Under the pieces are notes generated by a model. The model did not search any database. It had not been told where the DNA came from and worked only from the letters and a program-made list of their open reading frames with translations. Of a stretch of 64,000 nucleotides of DNA, positions 26,984 through 37,044 are shown piece after piece; position 1 is the stretch's first letter, and each line of letters begins with the position of its first letter. This DNA comes from Planctomycetota bacterium (lineage in GTDB: Bacteria; Planctomycetota; MHYJ01; WSZJ01), in NCBI GenBank assembly GCA_038060895.1, contig JBBTCT010000024.1, positions 64,001 to 128,000 on the forward strand, written 5' to 3'. The translations under genes and the position numbers were made by a program.

Positions 26984-29900
26984 TCAGTGCAAATACGGCC
27001 CGAAAGCCACTTTCCTTCCCGCCGCCCCTTCGCTCGCCGCCAGCCGATCTCCCTCCAGCGCAGCCTTCTTTGCGCCTGCGCCGTCTCCCGAGGCCGCCTT
27101 GACTTCCGCTTCGGCAAGGAGGAACTCGAGCGTGAGGCGAAGCGCCATCTGGGCCGGCTTCGCGGCCCGGGCCTGTTCGAGCAGCGCAGGAGCGTCGGAG
27201 GCCCGCGCTTTCGCTGCAACGCGCGCTCGGACGGTGAGCGCGCGGAACCGGGCTGAGGCGGACTTCGAAGCGGCGAGGGCGCGTGCGCCCTCCGTGTCGA
27301 GGCGGATGGAGGCGAGCGCCGCGGCGATGTCGTCGTCCGCGGCGGCGAGCGGTGCGAGCAGGGCGATCGCTTCGTCGAGTCGCCCCTCGAACGCCAGCGT
27401 TTCACCCAGCAGCTGCCGGCGGAGCCCGCCGGTGCCGGCCATCTTGATCTCGATCTGTATGGCGATCGATTCCTCCGCGGCCGCGCGCGCCAGCGCCGCT
27501 TCGCCGCGATCCAGCCGCGCCTCCGCGAGCCTCTCGAGAATGACCGAGACGCCGAGGCGGTCGCCGGTCGCGCGGCGGAGCTCGAGGGCGCGCTCGAGCA
27601 CGTCGCAGGCCTGCCGCGCCTGGCCGAGCTTGCAGCGGAACATCCCTTCGTTGCTGAGGAGCATGGCTTCGCCCCACTTGTCGGCGATGTCGCGGCGGAT
27701 CGCGAGCGCTTCTTCCGTCGTCGCGAACGCCTTGTCGGGGTGGCCGTCCTGGAACTCGACCGATGCCATGTTCGTGAGCACCATCGCGATGCGCCAGCGG
27801 TCCCCGGCTTCGCGGAAAACTTCGAGCGCCGCTTCGTACTCGACGCGCGCCTCGGGGAGCCTGTTCTGGTGCATGAAAAGAATGCCGAGCCCGTTGCGGA
27901 CGTTTGCAGCGCCGTGGACGTCTTCGGCTTCGGCGTAGAGGGCCTGCGCCCGCCTGTACGCCTCAGCCGCGAAAGTCGTTTCGGATTTCCGGTCGCGCAC
28001 GCGCGCCTCGGTGCTGATCGCGTTGGCCAGGTCGATCTTCGCCGCGCGGCCGCCGCCCGCGTCGGCCTGGGCCTGGGCCCGTTTCTGCAGCTCGGCCGCG
28101 TCCCGGAGGCATTCGTCGAAGCGCGACAGGCGGTAGAACAGGTGGCTGCGGTCCCGAAGGACATGCGTGTGAAGAAACGCGGCCTTCGGGTCGGCGAGGA
28201 TCGCTTCGTCGATCTCGAGCGCGCGCGCGAATTCGCCGCGCCGCTCGTGGATCGCGCCGATCTGGCGGCGGACGCGGAAGCGCAGGACTTCGGTGAGGTT
28301 GGTGGATTCGAGAAGCGACTCCGCTTCCGCGAGAGCCTGTTCGCCGAGACCGAGGATGTTGAGCGCCTTGATGGCGCTGAGCGCGGCCTCGGGCGAGCCG
28401 TCGATGCGCTGCGCCTCGCGCGCGGAGGCGAGGGCCTCCTCGTAGGCGGAGAATTCCAGCGCTTCCTCGGCGGCGCGCGCCCAGTGTTTCGAAGCGGCCT
28501 CGAGCCTCAGGGCCGCTTCGCAGTGGCCCGCAAGGAGGATGAGCACGCGGCGGCCGAGGTGGGGGATGAGGGGCTCGAGGATTTCGGCGGCGCGTCCGTG
28601 GAGGCGCTGGCGTTCTTTCTTGGTGAGGAGCGAGTACGCGGCGTCGCGCAGGGGGCTCTGGCGGAAGTGGAATTCCTCGTCGAGGGGGAGGAAGGACGAG
28701 CCGGCTCGCTCGACGAGCATGCGGCGGCCGGCCTGTTCGAGGGCGGGGCCGACGTCGTGGCCGGCGAGCGTGCCGGTGGCGGCCGACCAGAAGGCGCGGC
28801 CGAAGATGCTTCCGCATTTCAGCGCTTCGCGCGCGTCCGCGGAAACCGCGTCGATGCGCGAGACGAGCAGCCCGCGCAGCCCGTCGGGGAGCCGGTCGGG
28901 GCGCGTTGCAAAGCGTGCCGGGTTTCCCTCCAGGAATCCCTCCTGCCGGAGGAATCGAACGAGCTCCTCCATGTACAGCGGGTTCCCCGCCGACTGGTCG
29001 ACCAGGAACGACGACAGCTCCGGGTCGAGGTCGCGCTGCAGCAACTCGCGAGCGAGCTGCGCTGCTTCCGCCGCCGGCAGTTCCACCAGTTTCACGCGCT
29101 CGAATCCTCCCGGGATCCGCGTGGCGGGCCGCGACGTCGCGAGGATCACCACGCGCTCGTCGCGCAGCTTCGCCGCGAGATGGTCGAGCAGCGCGAACGT
29201 CGCCGGGTCCGCCCAGTGCAGGTCCTCGAGGCACAGCAGCACCGGCGCGCGCCGCGCCAGCCCGCGGATCCATCGCTCCCACGCCTCCAGCGTCTCCGTC
29301 CGCGCGCGGGTCGCGTCGCCGGGAGCCGGCCCCGTCCCCGCCGCCTGCCCCATCGACCGCGTCATCAGGTGCGCGAAATTTGAACGCTCTGCCGCTCCCG
29401 AAACCGTCAGCGCGAGGACTTCCGACACGAAGGCCCTCGTCGAAGCCGCCTCCGCCGCCGCGTCGCCCCCCGGCGACTGCGACGCCGCCCGGCACGCGCT
29501 CCGCACGATCTCCGCGAACGGCCCGAGCGGAAGCGGGGAGCCTTCCTGCGCGTGGCCCAGCCCGATCCACGTCTCCGGGTTCACGCGGCGCGCGTGGTCG
29601 CGCGCCTCCCCGGTCAGTCGCGTCTTGCCGACGCCAGAGTCCCCCTCGAGCAGCAGGAACGCGCTCTTCGCCCCCGTGACCGCGTCCTTGATCCGCTGGA
29701 GTTCCGTCACGCGCCCGATGAGCCGCGCGGGGCCGACGTCGCCGGTCGAAGGGACGATGGTGCCGGTCTCCCGGATCGCCTCGGAGACGCCGACGGAATC
29801 CTGACGCCCGCGCAGGTGCATCTCCCTCTCGGGGCCGAATTCGACGCGGTAGTTCGTGGCGCGGGCGACCGCCCGGGAAGCGAGGACCTCCCCAGGCTGC

Positions 29901-30319
29901 GCTTCCGACTGCAGCCGTTGCGCGACGTTGACGGCGTCGCCCATGGCCGTCGGCCGGTCTCCGCCCACGGTCCCCCAGAGCACCTCGCCCGTGTTGACAC
30001 CGACCCGGATCTTCAGGTCGAGCGATCGCTGCGCGTTGAAAAGCTCCAGCTCGCGCTTCATGGAGAGAGCCGCCCGCACCGCCCGAAGCGGATCATCCTC
30101 GTGCGCGGTCGGCGCGCCGAAAACTCCCATCACGGTGTCGCCGACGAACTTGTCCACCGTCCCGCCGCGAGCCTCGATCACGCGCCGGAATCGCGTGAAC
30201 ACGGCGTCCACGACCTCGGCCGCGGATTCGGCGGCGTCCTCAGGGTCCGGCGAGGAGACGTCGCCGATGCCGACGATGCCTGTGAAAAGGACGGTGACGA
30301 CGCGGCGTTCTTCGGCCAT
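26984..30319 (-). CDS. Adenylate/guanylate cyclase-AAA ATPase-TPR (STAND) protein
   Basis: VDKFVGD..GAPTAHEDDP..GDAVNVAQRL; Walker A GDSGVGKT; LEDLHWAD; GNPLY; TPR C-terminus. Confidence 0.92.
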   Translation of the reverse strand: MAEERRVVTVLFTGIVGIGDVSSPDPEDAAESAAEVVDAVFTRFRRVIEARGGTVDKFVGDTVMGVFGAPTAHEDDPLRAVRAALSMKRELELFNAQRSLDLKIRVGVNTGEVLWGTVGGDRPTAMGDAVNVAQRLQSEAQPGEVLASRAVARATNYRVEFGPEREMHLRGRQDSVGVSEAIRETGTIVPSTGDVGPARLIGRVTELQRIKDAVTGAKSAFLLLEGDSGVGKTRLTGEARDHARRVNPETWIGLGHAQEGSPLPLGPFAEIVRSACRAASQSPGGDAAAEAASTRAFVSEVLALTVSGAAERSNFAHLMTRSMGQAAGTGPAPGDATRARTETLEAWERWIRGLARRAPVLLCLEDLHWADPATFALLDHLAAKLRDERVVILATSRPATRIPGGFERVKLVELPAAEAAQLARELLQRDLDPELSSFLVDQSAGNPLYMEELVRFLRQEGFLEGNPARFATRPDRLPDGLRGLLVSRIDAVSADAREALKCGSIFGRAFWSAATGTLAGHDVGPALEQAGRRMLVERAGSSFLPLDEEFHFRQSPLRDAAYSLLTKKERQRLHGRAAEILEPLIPHLGRRVLILLAGHCEAALRLEAASKHWARAAEEALEFSAYEEALASAREAQRIDGSPEAALSAIKALNILGLGEQALAEAESLLESTNLTEVLRFRVRRQIGAIHERRGEFARALEIDEAILADPKAAFLHTHVLRDRSHLFYRLSRFDECLRDAAELQKRAQAQADAGGGRAAKIDLANAISTEARVRDRKSETTFAAEAYRRAQALYAEAEDVHGAANVRNGLGILFMHQNRLPEARVEYEAALEVFREAGDRWRIAMVLTNMASVEFQDGHPDKAFATTEEALAIRRDIADKWGEAMLLSNEGMFRCKLGQARQACDVLERALELRRATGDRLGVSVILERLAEARLDRGEAALARAAAEESIAIQIEIKMAGTGGLRRQLLGETLAFEGRLDEAIALLAPLAAADDDIAAALASIRLDTEGARALAASKSASARFRALTVRARVAAKARASDAPALLEQARAAKPAQMALRLTLEFLLAEAEVKAASGDGAGAKKAALEGDRLAASEGAAGRKVAFGPYLH

Positions 30320-30434
30320 AGAGGCGGGAGAGCATAGACGCACGATCGGCAAAGGACAAAGGGGAAGCGGAGATCGGCGGCGACTTTCGGCAAATCTCAA
30401 ATCCGGTGTCGGCCCGTCTTTTTCAAAATCCCTT

Positions 30435-30612
30435 TGGCTGTATCTGCGCTTATCTGCGCGGATCTCGTTTTATCTGCGCAAATGTCGTTTTCGAGTTCAA
30501 GCGCGCTCTATGACCGAGGGCGAGCACGTCGGCGGAAGCCGGGCTCATGAGCAATCCGAAATGCGTCGCGCAGATAGAAATCGATCCGCGCTGAAACGCG
30601 CAGATACAGCCA
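30435..30612. repeat. Inverted TATCTGCGC/GCGCAGATA repeat element
   Basis: TGGCTGTATCTGCGC (30435) and GCGCAGATACAGCCA (30598), with additional internal copies. Confidence 0.8.
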
Positions 30613-30616
30613 GATC

Positions 30617-32377
30617 TCAGCGAGCCTCAATCGCCGCGCCCCCGTCAGCCGTTCGCGTGACGACAAACGGCCGGCCCGCGCCCTTCTCCCGCTTCACGCG
30701 GTAAAGCCGTCCCTCCTCGGCCTTGAATCCGATCTCGTACTCGCTGACGGACTTCGACGCGACTTCCTTCCACCCGTCCACGGTCCACGATTCGATACCG
30801 CGAACCGGATTCGCCAGCGCAGCCGACGCGGGCGGCTTCTCCTGAATCAGTGCCTCCAGCGCGCCTTCGCCAGGCGGGCCGTCCTGAAGCGGGCTCATCG
30901 TCCCGTTTTTCGCGAGCGCGAAGACGCGGTCCTTCTCGCCCGGCAGGCGCACGGCCAGCGCGAAGTCGCGCGGGCAGCCGACCTTTTCGAAGACCGCCTT
31001 GCCGTTCTTGACCGGAACGCGCGCCACGCGCCGCCACTCCTCCATGTTCCACACGCGCAATTCCGCCTCGCCGTCTTTCGTCCCTTCGAACGTCAGCGTC
31101 GTCACCGGCACGTACTTGTCCGTCACGTCCTCCAGCGCGTCCCACGTTTTCACGAAGAGCTTCACCGCCGTGCGTCCCTCGCCGCACTCCACCCCGAACG
31201 CAGGGATCCAGGTCCACGCATGGTTCCCGTCCCCTGCCGCCCAGAACGGCGTGAACGCCTGGCAGCCGGGAATCGCGACCGTGCGCAGAAAAGCGGTCTC
31301 CATGTTCGAGCAGTCCTCGCAACGCCCCTCATGCGTCGCCAGACCCGTCAGCGTCCCGAAGTCCTCCCAGGTGGTGTCGCCCTCGTACTGGTAGAAGTCG
31401 TTGCTCGCCTCGAGCGCGAGCTTGATCGCCTTGTCGAGGTCCTTGCGCGGCAGCCAGCGGACTTCCGGGAAGATCGCTTCGTAGAAAAGGCGGCGCCATC
31501 GCTGAAGCGGTTCACCGGTGCCGCGCGGCGAGAGGACAAAATTGAGGAAGTCGTGGTCGCTCAGCTCGGCGCCCCAGGGGAATTCGTTCTTCGCTTTCAC
31601 GGCGTAGAACACGTTTTCGTAGAACGCGCGCGCCTCGACGACCTTCAGGTCGCAGATCGACGTCTCCGGGTCCATCCCCGACTCGTCCGGCTTGAAGCGC
31701 AGGAAAGACATCTTGTCCATCCGCGAGATCACCCAGACCGCCGCGCGACAGAGCGCCGGCGCCGGGTCGGAGTCGGCGAGGGCCTGAAGCGCCCGCGCCA
31801 GTTCGGCCGACTGCGTCCCCGGCGCTTCCATGTTCTGGATCGCGCGCTGAAGCGTCTCGGCGTCGAGGGCCGGCGACGCCATCCTCGTCGCGCGGGCGAG
31901 CGCCTCGCCGGGTTTCGCCTCCTTCCCCATCCACGCCGCCAACTCCTTCGCCGGCGCCGCGAGAAATCCCTTCCCGAGATAGAGCCGTTTCAGGATCCGC
32001 ACCCGCGCCTCGTCCAGTTCACGGTCGCTGCGCAGCACGTCCCCCCGAAAGTGGATCGCGTGCGGCTTCGCCCCGGGCGTCCGCACCAGCGCGTAAAACC
32101 GCTTCGAGTCCCCGAATTTCTCCAGCTGCCCCGCCTCCCACGGCAGCGCGGCCACATGGTCGATCATCGCCTGCGGCATGCGCAGCAATTCGACCGAGGC
32201 GTCGATCGCGGGGTCGTGGGGGTCGAGCCCGACGAAGTAACGCTCCACGAGGAACGCCCGCACTGCTTCCGGAATCTCAACGGTCCTCGCGGCCGGCGCG
32301 GGTTTTTCGCCGTCCTCGGGAGAAGCGCACGAGGTGAGCCAAACGGCGATGCAGGTCATGGCGAGGTATCGGCGCAA
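30617..32377 (-). CDS. Transglutaminase-like domain lipoprotein
   Basis: Lipobox LTSC; FPW..FLNFVLSPR..EPLQRWR; GRCEDCS..LRTVAIP..GNHAW. Confidence 0.85.
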   Translation of the reverse strand: MRRYLAMTCIAVWLTSCASPEDGEKPAPAARTVEIPEAVRAFLVERYFVGLDPHDPAIDASVELLRMPQAMIDHVAALPWEAGQLEKFGDSKRFYALVRTPGAKPHAIHFRGDVLRSDRELDEARVRILKRLYLGKGFLAAPAKELAAWMGKEAKPGEALARATRMASPALDAETLQRAIQNMEAPGTQSAELARALQALADSDPAPALCRAAVWVISRMDKMSFLRFKPDESGMDPETSICDLKVVEARAFYENVFYAVKAKNEFPWGAELSDHDFLNFVLSPRGTGEPLQRWRRLFYEAIFPEVRWLPRKDLDKAIKLALEASNDFYQYEGDTTWEDFGTLTGLATHEGRCEDCSNMETAFLRTVAIPGCQAFTPFWAAGDGNHAWTWIPAFGVECGEGRTAVKLFVKTWDALEDVTDKYVPVTTLTFEGTKDGEAELRVWNMEEWRRVARVPVKNGKAVFEKVGCPRDFALAVRLPGEKDRVFALAKNGTMSPLQDGPPGEGALEALIQEKPPASAALANPVRGIESWTVDGWKEVASKSVSEYEIGFKAEEGRLYRVKREKGAGRPFVVTRTADGGAAIEAR

Positions 32378-32429
32378 GGCGAACGATTCTACGGCGCGAA
32401 CCGGAGAAGGGCGGACATTTCAAGCCGCC

Positions 32430-32470
32430 GATTCCGTGTCCCTCCGTCCCTCCGTGATCTCCGTGTCCGG
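32430..32470. repeat. CTCCGTG-type short repeat array
   Basis: TTCCGTGTCCCTCCGTCCCTCCGTGATCTCCGTGTCC; related to 61341..61560. Confidence 0.55.
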
Positions 32471-32560
32471 CCGTCTTTTCTGTAAGGCCTGACACTGAAT
32501 TTACGGAGGGACTGAAACCCGCGGAGAAAACGGCGTCCGCGGCAGAAATCAGAATCGCTA

Positions 32561-33865
32561 TCACCTTCCTGGACCCGGCGCCGCCCGCTCGATCGCAACG
32601 GCCGCCGCGAGCAGCGCCTCGTCGTCCCCGAACGAGCCGATTAACTGGAGCCCGACCGGAAGCCCGCCGACCGTCCCCCACGGCACGCTCACGCACGGCA
32701 ACCCCGCAAAGGACCACGGGGCGGTCGTCGAGCCCGATCCGGTGCGCCCCCCCACTAACGGTGCGGGGCCGGGCTGGCTGGGGGACAGCAGGACGTCGAT
32801 CCCTGCGCGTCGGAGCGCTTCGCTGATCTCTCCGCGAAGCACGAGCCCGGCCTCGCGAGCGATGGCGACGTCGGTGTCCGCAATCCTCCGTCCGGTTTCG
32901 ACGCCGAGGCGGGAAGCGCGGCGGTAGAGCGGCGCATGGCGATCGAAGAGGCGCGCGTGGCTCTGCGCGAATTCGCCGTGCAGGAGCGCCATGCAGTCCT
33001 TGTAGATCTTCTCCAGCCGCGAGTCCCACCAGGAATCGAATGCGACAACCTCGAATTGCCGTCGCAGGTCTTCGACCGCGGCCCTGAATGGCTCGAGCCA
33101 GCCCTCGGCGGGGAGATCCATCAGGTACCGGCCCTCGGGCACGCCTAGCCGGAGCTTCCGCGGCGCGACCTCACGCCAGTCCTTCACCAGCGCCGCCGCC
33201 GCGATCGCAAGCCCGGCCGCGTCGTCCGCGAGGAAGCCGACGACGTCCATCGAAGGAGCGAGCGGAAAGACGCCGTGGAGCGGCAGACGCCCGTGCGACG
33301 GCTTGAACCCGGCGACCCCGCAATACGCCGCCGGCGCGATGATCGAACGGCTCGTCTGCGTCCCGATCCCCAGCGGACACATCCCCGCCGCCACCGCCGC
33401 CGCGCTCCCCGCGCTCGACCCGCCCGGCGACCTCGTCAGGTCGCGCGGATTGCGCGTCTCCGGCGGATCGGCGTACGCGAACTCGTCCGTCGCCGTCTTT
33501 CCGAGGATCACGGCGCCCGCATGGCGCAGTTGCATGACCACGATCGCTTCTGACCCGGCAAATTCTTCCGGCGGAAGCGCCGACCCGGCGCGCGTGGGAA
33601 GTCCGTTCACATTGAAGAGGTCCTTCACGCCCACCGGCACGCCGAAAAGCGCCGGCCGCTCCCCCGCGTCAGTCCACCGTTTCTCCACCTCGCGCGCCTC
33701 CGCCATCACCCGCGCTTCCCGCCCCGGCTCCTCCAGGAACGCCCGCACTTCCCCATCTCGCTCCGCCATCCGCGCAAGACACGCCGCCGCCGCCTCACCC
33801 GGCGTGATTCCGCCCGAGCGAAGCAACCCGAGAAGCGCCGTCAGCGATCCGGTCGGAGCACTCAT
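32561..33865 (-). CDS. Amidase signature family protein
   Basis: GVPVGVKD, PGGSSAGSAAAVA, GTQTSRSI, GFKPS, GLPVGLQ. Confidence 0.93.
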   Translation of the reverse strand: MSAPTGSLTALLGLLRSGGITPGEAAAACLARMAERDGEVRAFLEEPGREARVMAEAREVEKRWTDAGERPALFGVPVGVKDLFNVNGLPTRAGSALPPEEFAGSEAIVVMQLRHAGAVILGKTATDEFAYADPPETRNPRDLTRSPGGSSAGSAAAVAAGMCPLGIGTQTSRSIIAPAAYCGVAGFKPSHGRLPLHGVFPLAPSMDVVGFLADDAAGLAIAAAALVKDWREVAPRKLRLGVPEGRYLMDLPAEGWLEPFRAAVEDLRRQFEVVAFDSWWDSRLEKIYKDCMALLHGEFAQSHARLFDRHAPLYRRASRLGVETGRRIADTDVAIAREAGLVLRGEISEALRRAGIDVLLSPSQPGPAPLVGGRTGSGSTTAPWSFAGLPCVSVPWGTVGGLPVGLQLIGSFGDDEALLAAAVAIERAAPGPGR

Positions 33866-33927
33866 TGCATCGAAAGCATAGCTCCGCTTCCTATAATCAG
33901 TGTGTCGCGAAACCCAAGGGGGGACCC

Positions 33928-34377
33928 ATGCGCAAATCGATCGGTGACCTGGTCAAGAGCCGCAAGACGTTGTTCGCCAAGCCCGGCGATTCGGTGCTCG
34001 CCGTGATGAAGCGCCTGAAGACCGCGAACGTCGGCGCCGCGCCAGTCGTGAAGGACGGCGTGCTGGTGGGGATCTTCACGGAGCGCGACCTGCTCAAGCG
34101 CGTCGTGGCCGCCGGCAAGAATCCGAAGACGCTGGCGATTTCGAAAGTCATGACGAAAAAACCGGTGACCGCGATCCCTCACCTGTCGGTGCTCGAGGGC
34201 CTCGAGGTGATGCGGCAGCACAAGTGCCGCCACCTGCCGCTCGTCGAAGGCGGGAAACTGCTCGGCATGGTCTCGCAGCGCGACATCATCACCGCGATCC
34301 TCGAGATGAAGAACGAGGAGATCGACGACCTCAAGCAGCTGCTGGACCTGCTGCCGATTGAGCCGGGGGTGGGGTAA
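33928..34377 (+). CDS. CBS domain protein
   Basis: Two CBS repeats (LVGIFTERDL; CRHLPLV..LLGMVSQRD). Confidence 0.92.
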   Translation: MRKSIGDLVKSRKTLFAKPGDSVLAVMKRLKTANVGAAPVVKDGVLVGIFTERDLLKRVVAAGKNPKTLAISKVMTKKPVTAIPHLSVLEGLEVMRQHKCRHLPLVEGGKLLGMVSQRDIITAILEMKNEEIDDLKQLLDLLPIEPGVG

Positions 34378-34468
34378 GGAAGCGGGCGAGCGGGCAAGCG
34401 GTCGAGTGCGCTCGAAGGCCACGGCCTGAGGCTCGGCAGGACTCCGCAAGCAGCGCTATTATGCTCCG

Positions 34469-34657
34469 ATGAGGCGGAAAGCCAGCACTCGCAGAACGTC
34501 CTCGCTTCGGCCGGGGTGGCACGAGTTCATGGACCCCTACGTGCAGGTCTGGCGATCGCTCGCGCCGTTCGAGCGCCTCCGCCGTTCGTGGCGTCTCCGA
34601 ACGCGGCTGAAGAACCCGTTGGCTATCCACGATGCGAAGACTTTTCCGAAGCTTTGA
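34469..34657 (+). CDS. Small basic hypothetical protein (partner of downstream nucleotidyltransferase)
   Basis: DPYVQVWRSLAPFERLRRSWRLR; overlaps the next gene start. Confidence 0.5.
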   Translation: MRRKASTRRTSSLRPGWHEFMDPYVQVWRSLAPFERLRRSWRLRTRLKNPLAIHDAKTFPKL

Positions 34658-35158
34658 ACGCCTCGCTGTCGACTACCTGCTCATCAGCGGCCAGGCCTCC
34701 GTGCTTTACGGCGCCGCGACCTTTTCTGAAGATGTCGATCTCCGGGTCGCTCCGGCTTCAGCAAACATCTTCCGGCTGAAGCGCGCGAAATCAGGTGCGA
34801 CTGGGGACGGCTTCCTGTCGTCTCCATCGAAACTCTCGTCGAGATGAAAAAGACGCAGCGACCGTCGGACTACGAGACCATCACGAACCTCGCGCAGATT
34901 CGCGTGGACGAGTCGCCCGAAGTCCGTCGCGTCCTCACCTGGGCTTCCTGAAATACGTTCCGGGCGGAGGCCCGCGCGCAGACCCTCGCTCTTCTCGGAA
35001 AGACTGTCAGTGTTGCGTCGTGCTCCCGGCAAATCAGCAGGGAGATGGCCGCGCTTCAGCGCAAGGACATCACTTACTGGCGACTCAGGCGACATGCGCT
35101 TCGCCGTCTTCACCGTGAGGGAAAACTCGAGCCCCTCGGCGCGCCCGTCACTCCTTGA
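34632..35158 (+). pseudogene. Disrupted nucleotidyltransferase-family gene
   Basis: YLLISGQASVLYGAATFSEDVDL, then a frameshift/deletion near 34790, continuing LPVVSIETLVEMKKTQRPSDY...WAS*NTFR...DITYW with an internal stop. Confidence 0.7.
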
Positions 35159-35223
35159 AGTCCGCGCTTCCGTTTGTCGTTGACGCTCCCCTGTCACTTC
35201 CCTAGGATTCCGCTCCCGTTGTT

Positions 35224-35297
35224 GGGGGCGTAGCTCAATTGGCTAGAGCATCGGATTGTCGATCCGAAGGTTGCGGGTTCGACCCCCGTCGCCCTCG
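35224..35297 (+). tRNA. tRNA-Asp (GTC)
   Basis: Cloverleaf: GGGGGCG acceptor, D arm GCTC..GAGC, anticodon arm TCGGA-TTGTCGA-TCCGA, T arm GCGGG-TTCGACC-CCCGT, discriminator G; CCA not encoded. Confidence 0.97.
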
Positions 35298-35368
35298 TCG
35301 TTCCAAGCCGCGATAACCTCGCGGCTTGTGTCGTTTCTGGTCCATGCCGTCTCCGGGCCAATAGTGCG

Positions 35369-35392
35369 TTGGCTGCCCACTAGGTAGCCCAC
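35369..35392. repeat. Putative integrase arm-type sites (left)
   Basis: TTGGCTGCCCAC-TAGGTAGCCCAC; recurs at 41633-41656. Confidence 0.7.
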
Positions 35393-35409
35393 CGAGGGAG
35401 AAAACCGCT

Positions 35410-36561
35410 TCATCGCGCCCCCTCGGTGCCGGTCGCAGGCTTCGCGTTGACGGACAGGGAGAAGACCCGCGCCAGCCCGCCGATTGCCGCACGCTGCGAT
35501 TCGGGAGTCAGGTGCGCGTACTTCATGCTTGTCTGCGCGTTGCCGTGGCCAAGGATGCGCCCGGCGTCGAGAAGCGGGATTCCGGCTGCGACCATGAAAC
35601 TCATGGCGCTATGGCGAAGATCGTGCAGGCGCAGCACCCTGCGCTTCTCTTCGGGAATCTGCTTCGCGTGCTTCACGGCGTAGGCGAACGCCCTGCGCAC
35701 CGTGGTTGCAGTCTCTGCACGGCCTGAATGCTGCACGAAGACCGGCGCGGTGGGCAGCGGCAGGGCCTTGGCCTGCTTCTCCGCGAGGGCCACGTACAGG
35801 TCCGGGTGAAGCGGAATCGACCGGGTCCGCTTCGTTTTCGCGTTCGTCGCCTGCACGGTCAGAACGTGGTCCGCTAGGGAGACGTCACCCCACCGCAGGC
35901 GGATCAACTCGCTTCGACGGCAGCCCGTGGTCAGGGCCGCGAGGAAGAATGCCCGGAAGCGGTCGGGCGAGTAGTCGAGCAGCGAAGCGGCTTCGTGCGG
36001 TGCAAGGAACGTCTCCCGTGCGCGCCCGGCTTCGGAGAAGCGCCGGATGTTGTCGAGCGGATTCGCGTCTACGAAGCCCGCTTCCTTTGCCCACGTGAAG
36101 ACCGAAGAAGCGGCAGCCAAGTAGCGGTTTGCCGTGGAGACTGCGACGCCAGCCCGGAGTCTCTCATCAAGCCACACGCGAACCTGGGCTGTCTCGATGC
36201 GTGCAAGGTGGTGGGAAGCCCACGGCGTATTGGTCAGGATGCGAAGCAGGGACTTCAGGTTTACCAGCGTGCTGGCCCGCTTCGAACCGGCGGCGACTTC
36301 GAGGTAGAGCGTGGCGGCCTTGGCGAAGTCCATCTGCGCCCCGTTGTCGTCCTCGAAGATCGTGGCCAGCGCGTCCCGCAGCGTGACGTTGCGCGCGTGC
36401 AGGGCGTGCAGCCCGGACAGCTTTTCCAGCGCGTGCGCCTTGGTCGGCCCGGCGTATCGGCACAAGCGCCGATCCGTTCCTTTCCAGCGGAAGCGAACGA
36501 AGTAGCCCTCGCGTTCCGGGCGACGGCAGACATTTCCGAAATTGCGCTTGGCCACGATCAC
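35410..36561 (-). CDS. Tyrosine recombinase/integrase
   Basis: TGCRRSEL (R), AKTK (K), LHDLRH, ILGH, MKYAH (Y); N-terminal arm-binding region. Confidence 0.96.
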   Translation of the reverse strand: MIVAKRNFGNVCRRPEREGYFVRFRWKGTDRRLCRYAGPTKAHALEKLSGLHALHARNVTLRDALATIFEDDNGAQMDFAKAATLYLEVAAGSKRASTLVNLKSLLRILTNTPWASHHLARIETAQVRVWLDERLRAGVAVSTANRYLAAASSVFTWAKEAGFVDANPLDNIRRFSEAGRARETFLAPHEAASLLDYSPDRFRAFFLAALTTGCRRSELIRLRWGDVSLADHVLTVQATNAKTKRTRSIPLHPDLYVALAEKQAKALPLPTAPVFVQHSGRAETATTVRRAFAYAVKHAKQIPEEKRRVLRLHDLRHSAMSFMVAAGIPLLDAGRILGHGNAQTSMKYAHLTPESQRAAIGGLARVFSLSVNAKPATGTEGAR

Positions 36562-36758
36562 TCTCCCTTTCCGGCGGTCGGCCCGCCCTTGCCCTTCGCC
36601 CTCGCGTCGAGTGCGGCTTCGACGAGCAGGCGAAGCAGGTCAGAAACCTTCCGCTTGTCCCTCATCGCTTCGTCTTCGAGACGGCGGCGCAGGTCAGCGG
36701 ACAGTCGAACGGTCAAGGTGCTGCCCATCGGTCTAGCCCTCCGTGTTGGGTGTCTCAT
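36558..36758 (-). CDS. Ribbon-helix-helix (CopG/Arc-like) regulator
   Basis: TLTVRLSADLRRRLEDEAMRDKRKVSDLLRLLV; stop overlaps integrase start (GTGA); alternative start 36728. Confidence 0.8.
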   Translation of the reverse strand: MRHPTRRARPMGSTLTVRLSADLRRRLEDEAMRDKRKVSDLLRLLVEAALDARAKGKGGPTAGKGE

Positions 36759-36794
36759 GCAAGACATTGTAAGACAAAGTCCCGCATGAGTCAA
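36751..36794 (-). promoter_or_regulatory. Sigma-70 promoter with AGACA operator repeats
   Basis: TTGACT (36794-36789)-17 nt-TACAAT (36771-36766); TGTCT/AAGACA repeats overlap the -10 and start site. Confidence 0.75.
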
Positions 36795-37044
36795 TCCCCT
36801 GTTCGGAATTCGCGCGAATCCCGCGCTGCCGGTCCCGGTCGGCCTCCCGGTCGGCAGCGGTGGGGATCGGCGGTCCTGCGTGAACGTCGCGCAAGCCGGG
36901 GGCGGGAGGGGGCGAAGTCACGAATAGATGCATTTCCCGCGCAGGTCCCATGGCGGTCTGTATACCTATTCGCCACCACCCTGTTCTCCGGGCGTGCCAC
37001 GCTGCTATCGTTCAAGGTCTACCCCTTCCTGAAGGAGTCGAGTC

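Noticed and set aside
26899-28164. N-terminal 420 aa of track ORF 25540..28164
   Set aside because: Arg/Ser/Pro-rich alternative frame overlapping the cyclase-TPR gene; the real hydrolase begins at the signal peptide near 26898.
34949-34951. In-frame TGA in the NTase as a second Sec codon
   Set aside because: There is no Cys-type motif context and the gene is already frameshifted; more likely decay.
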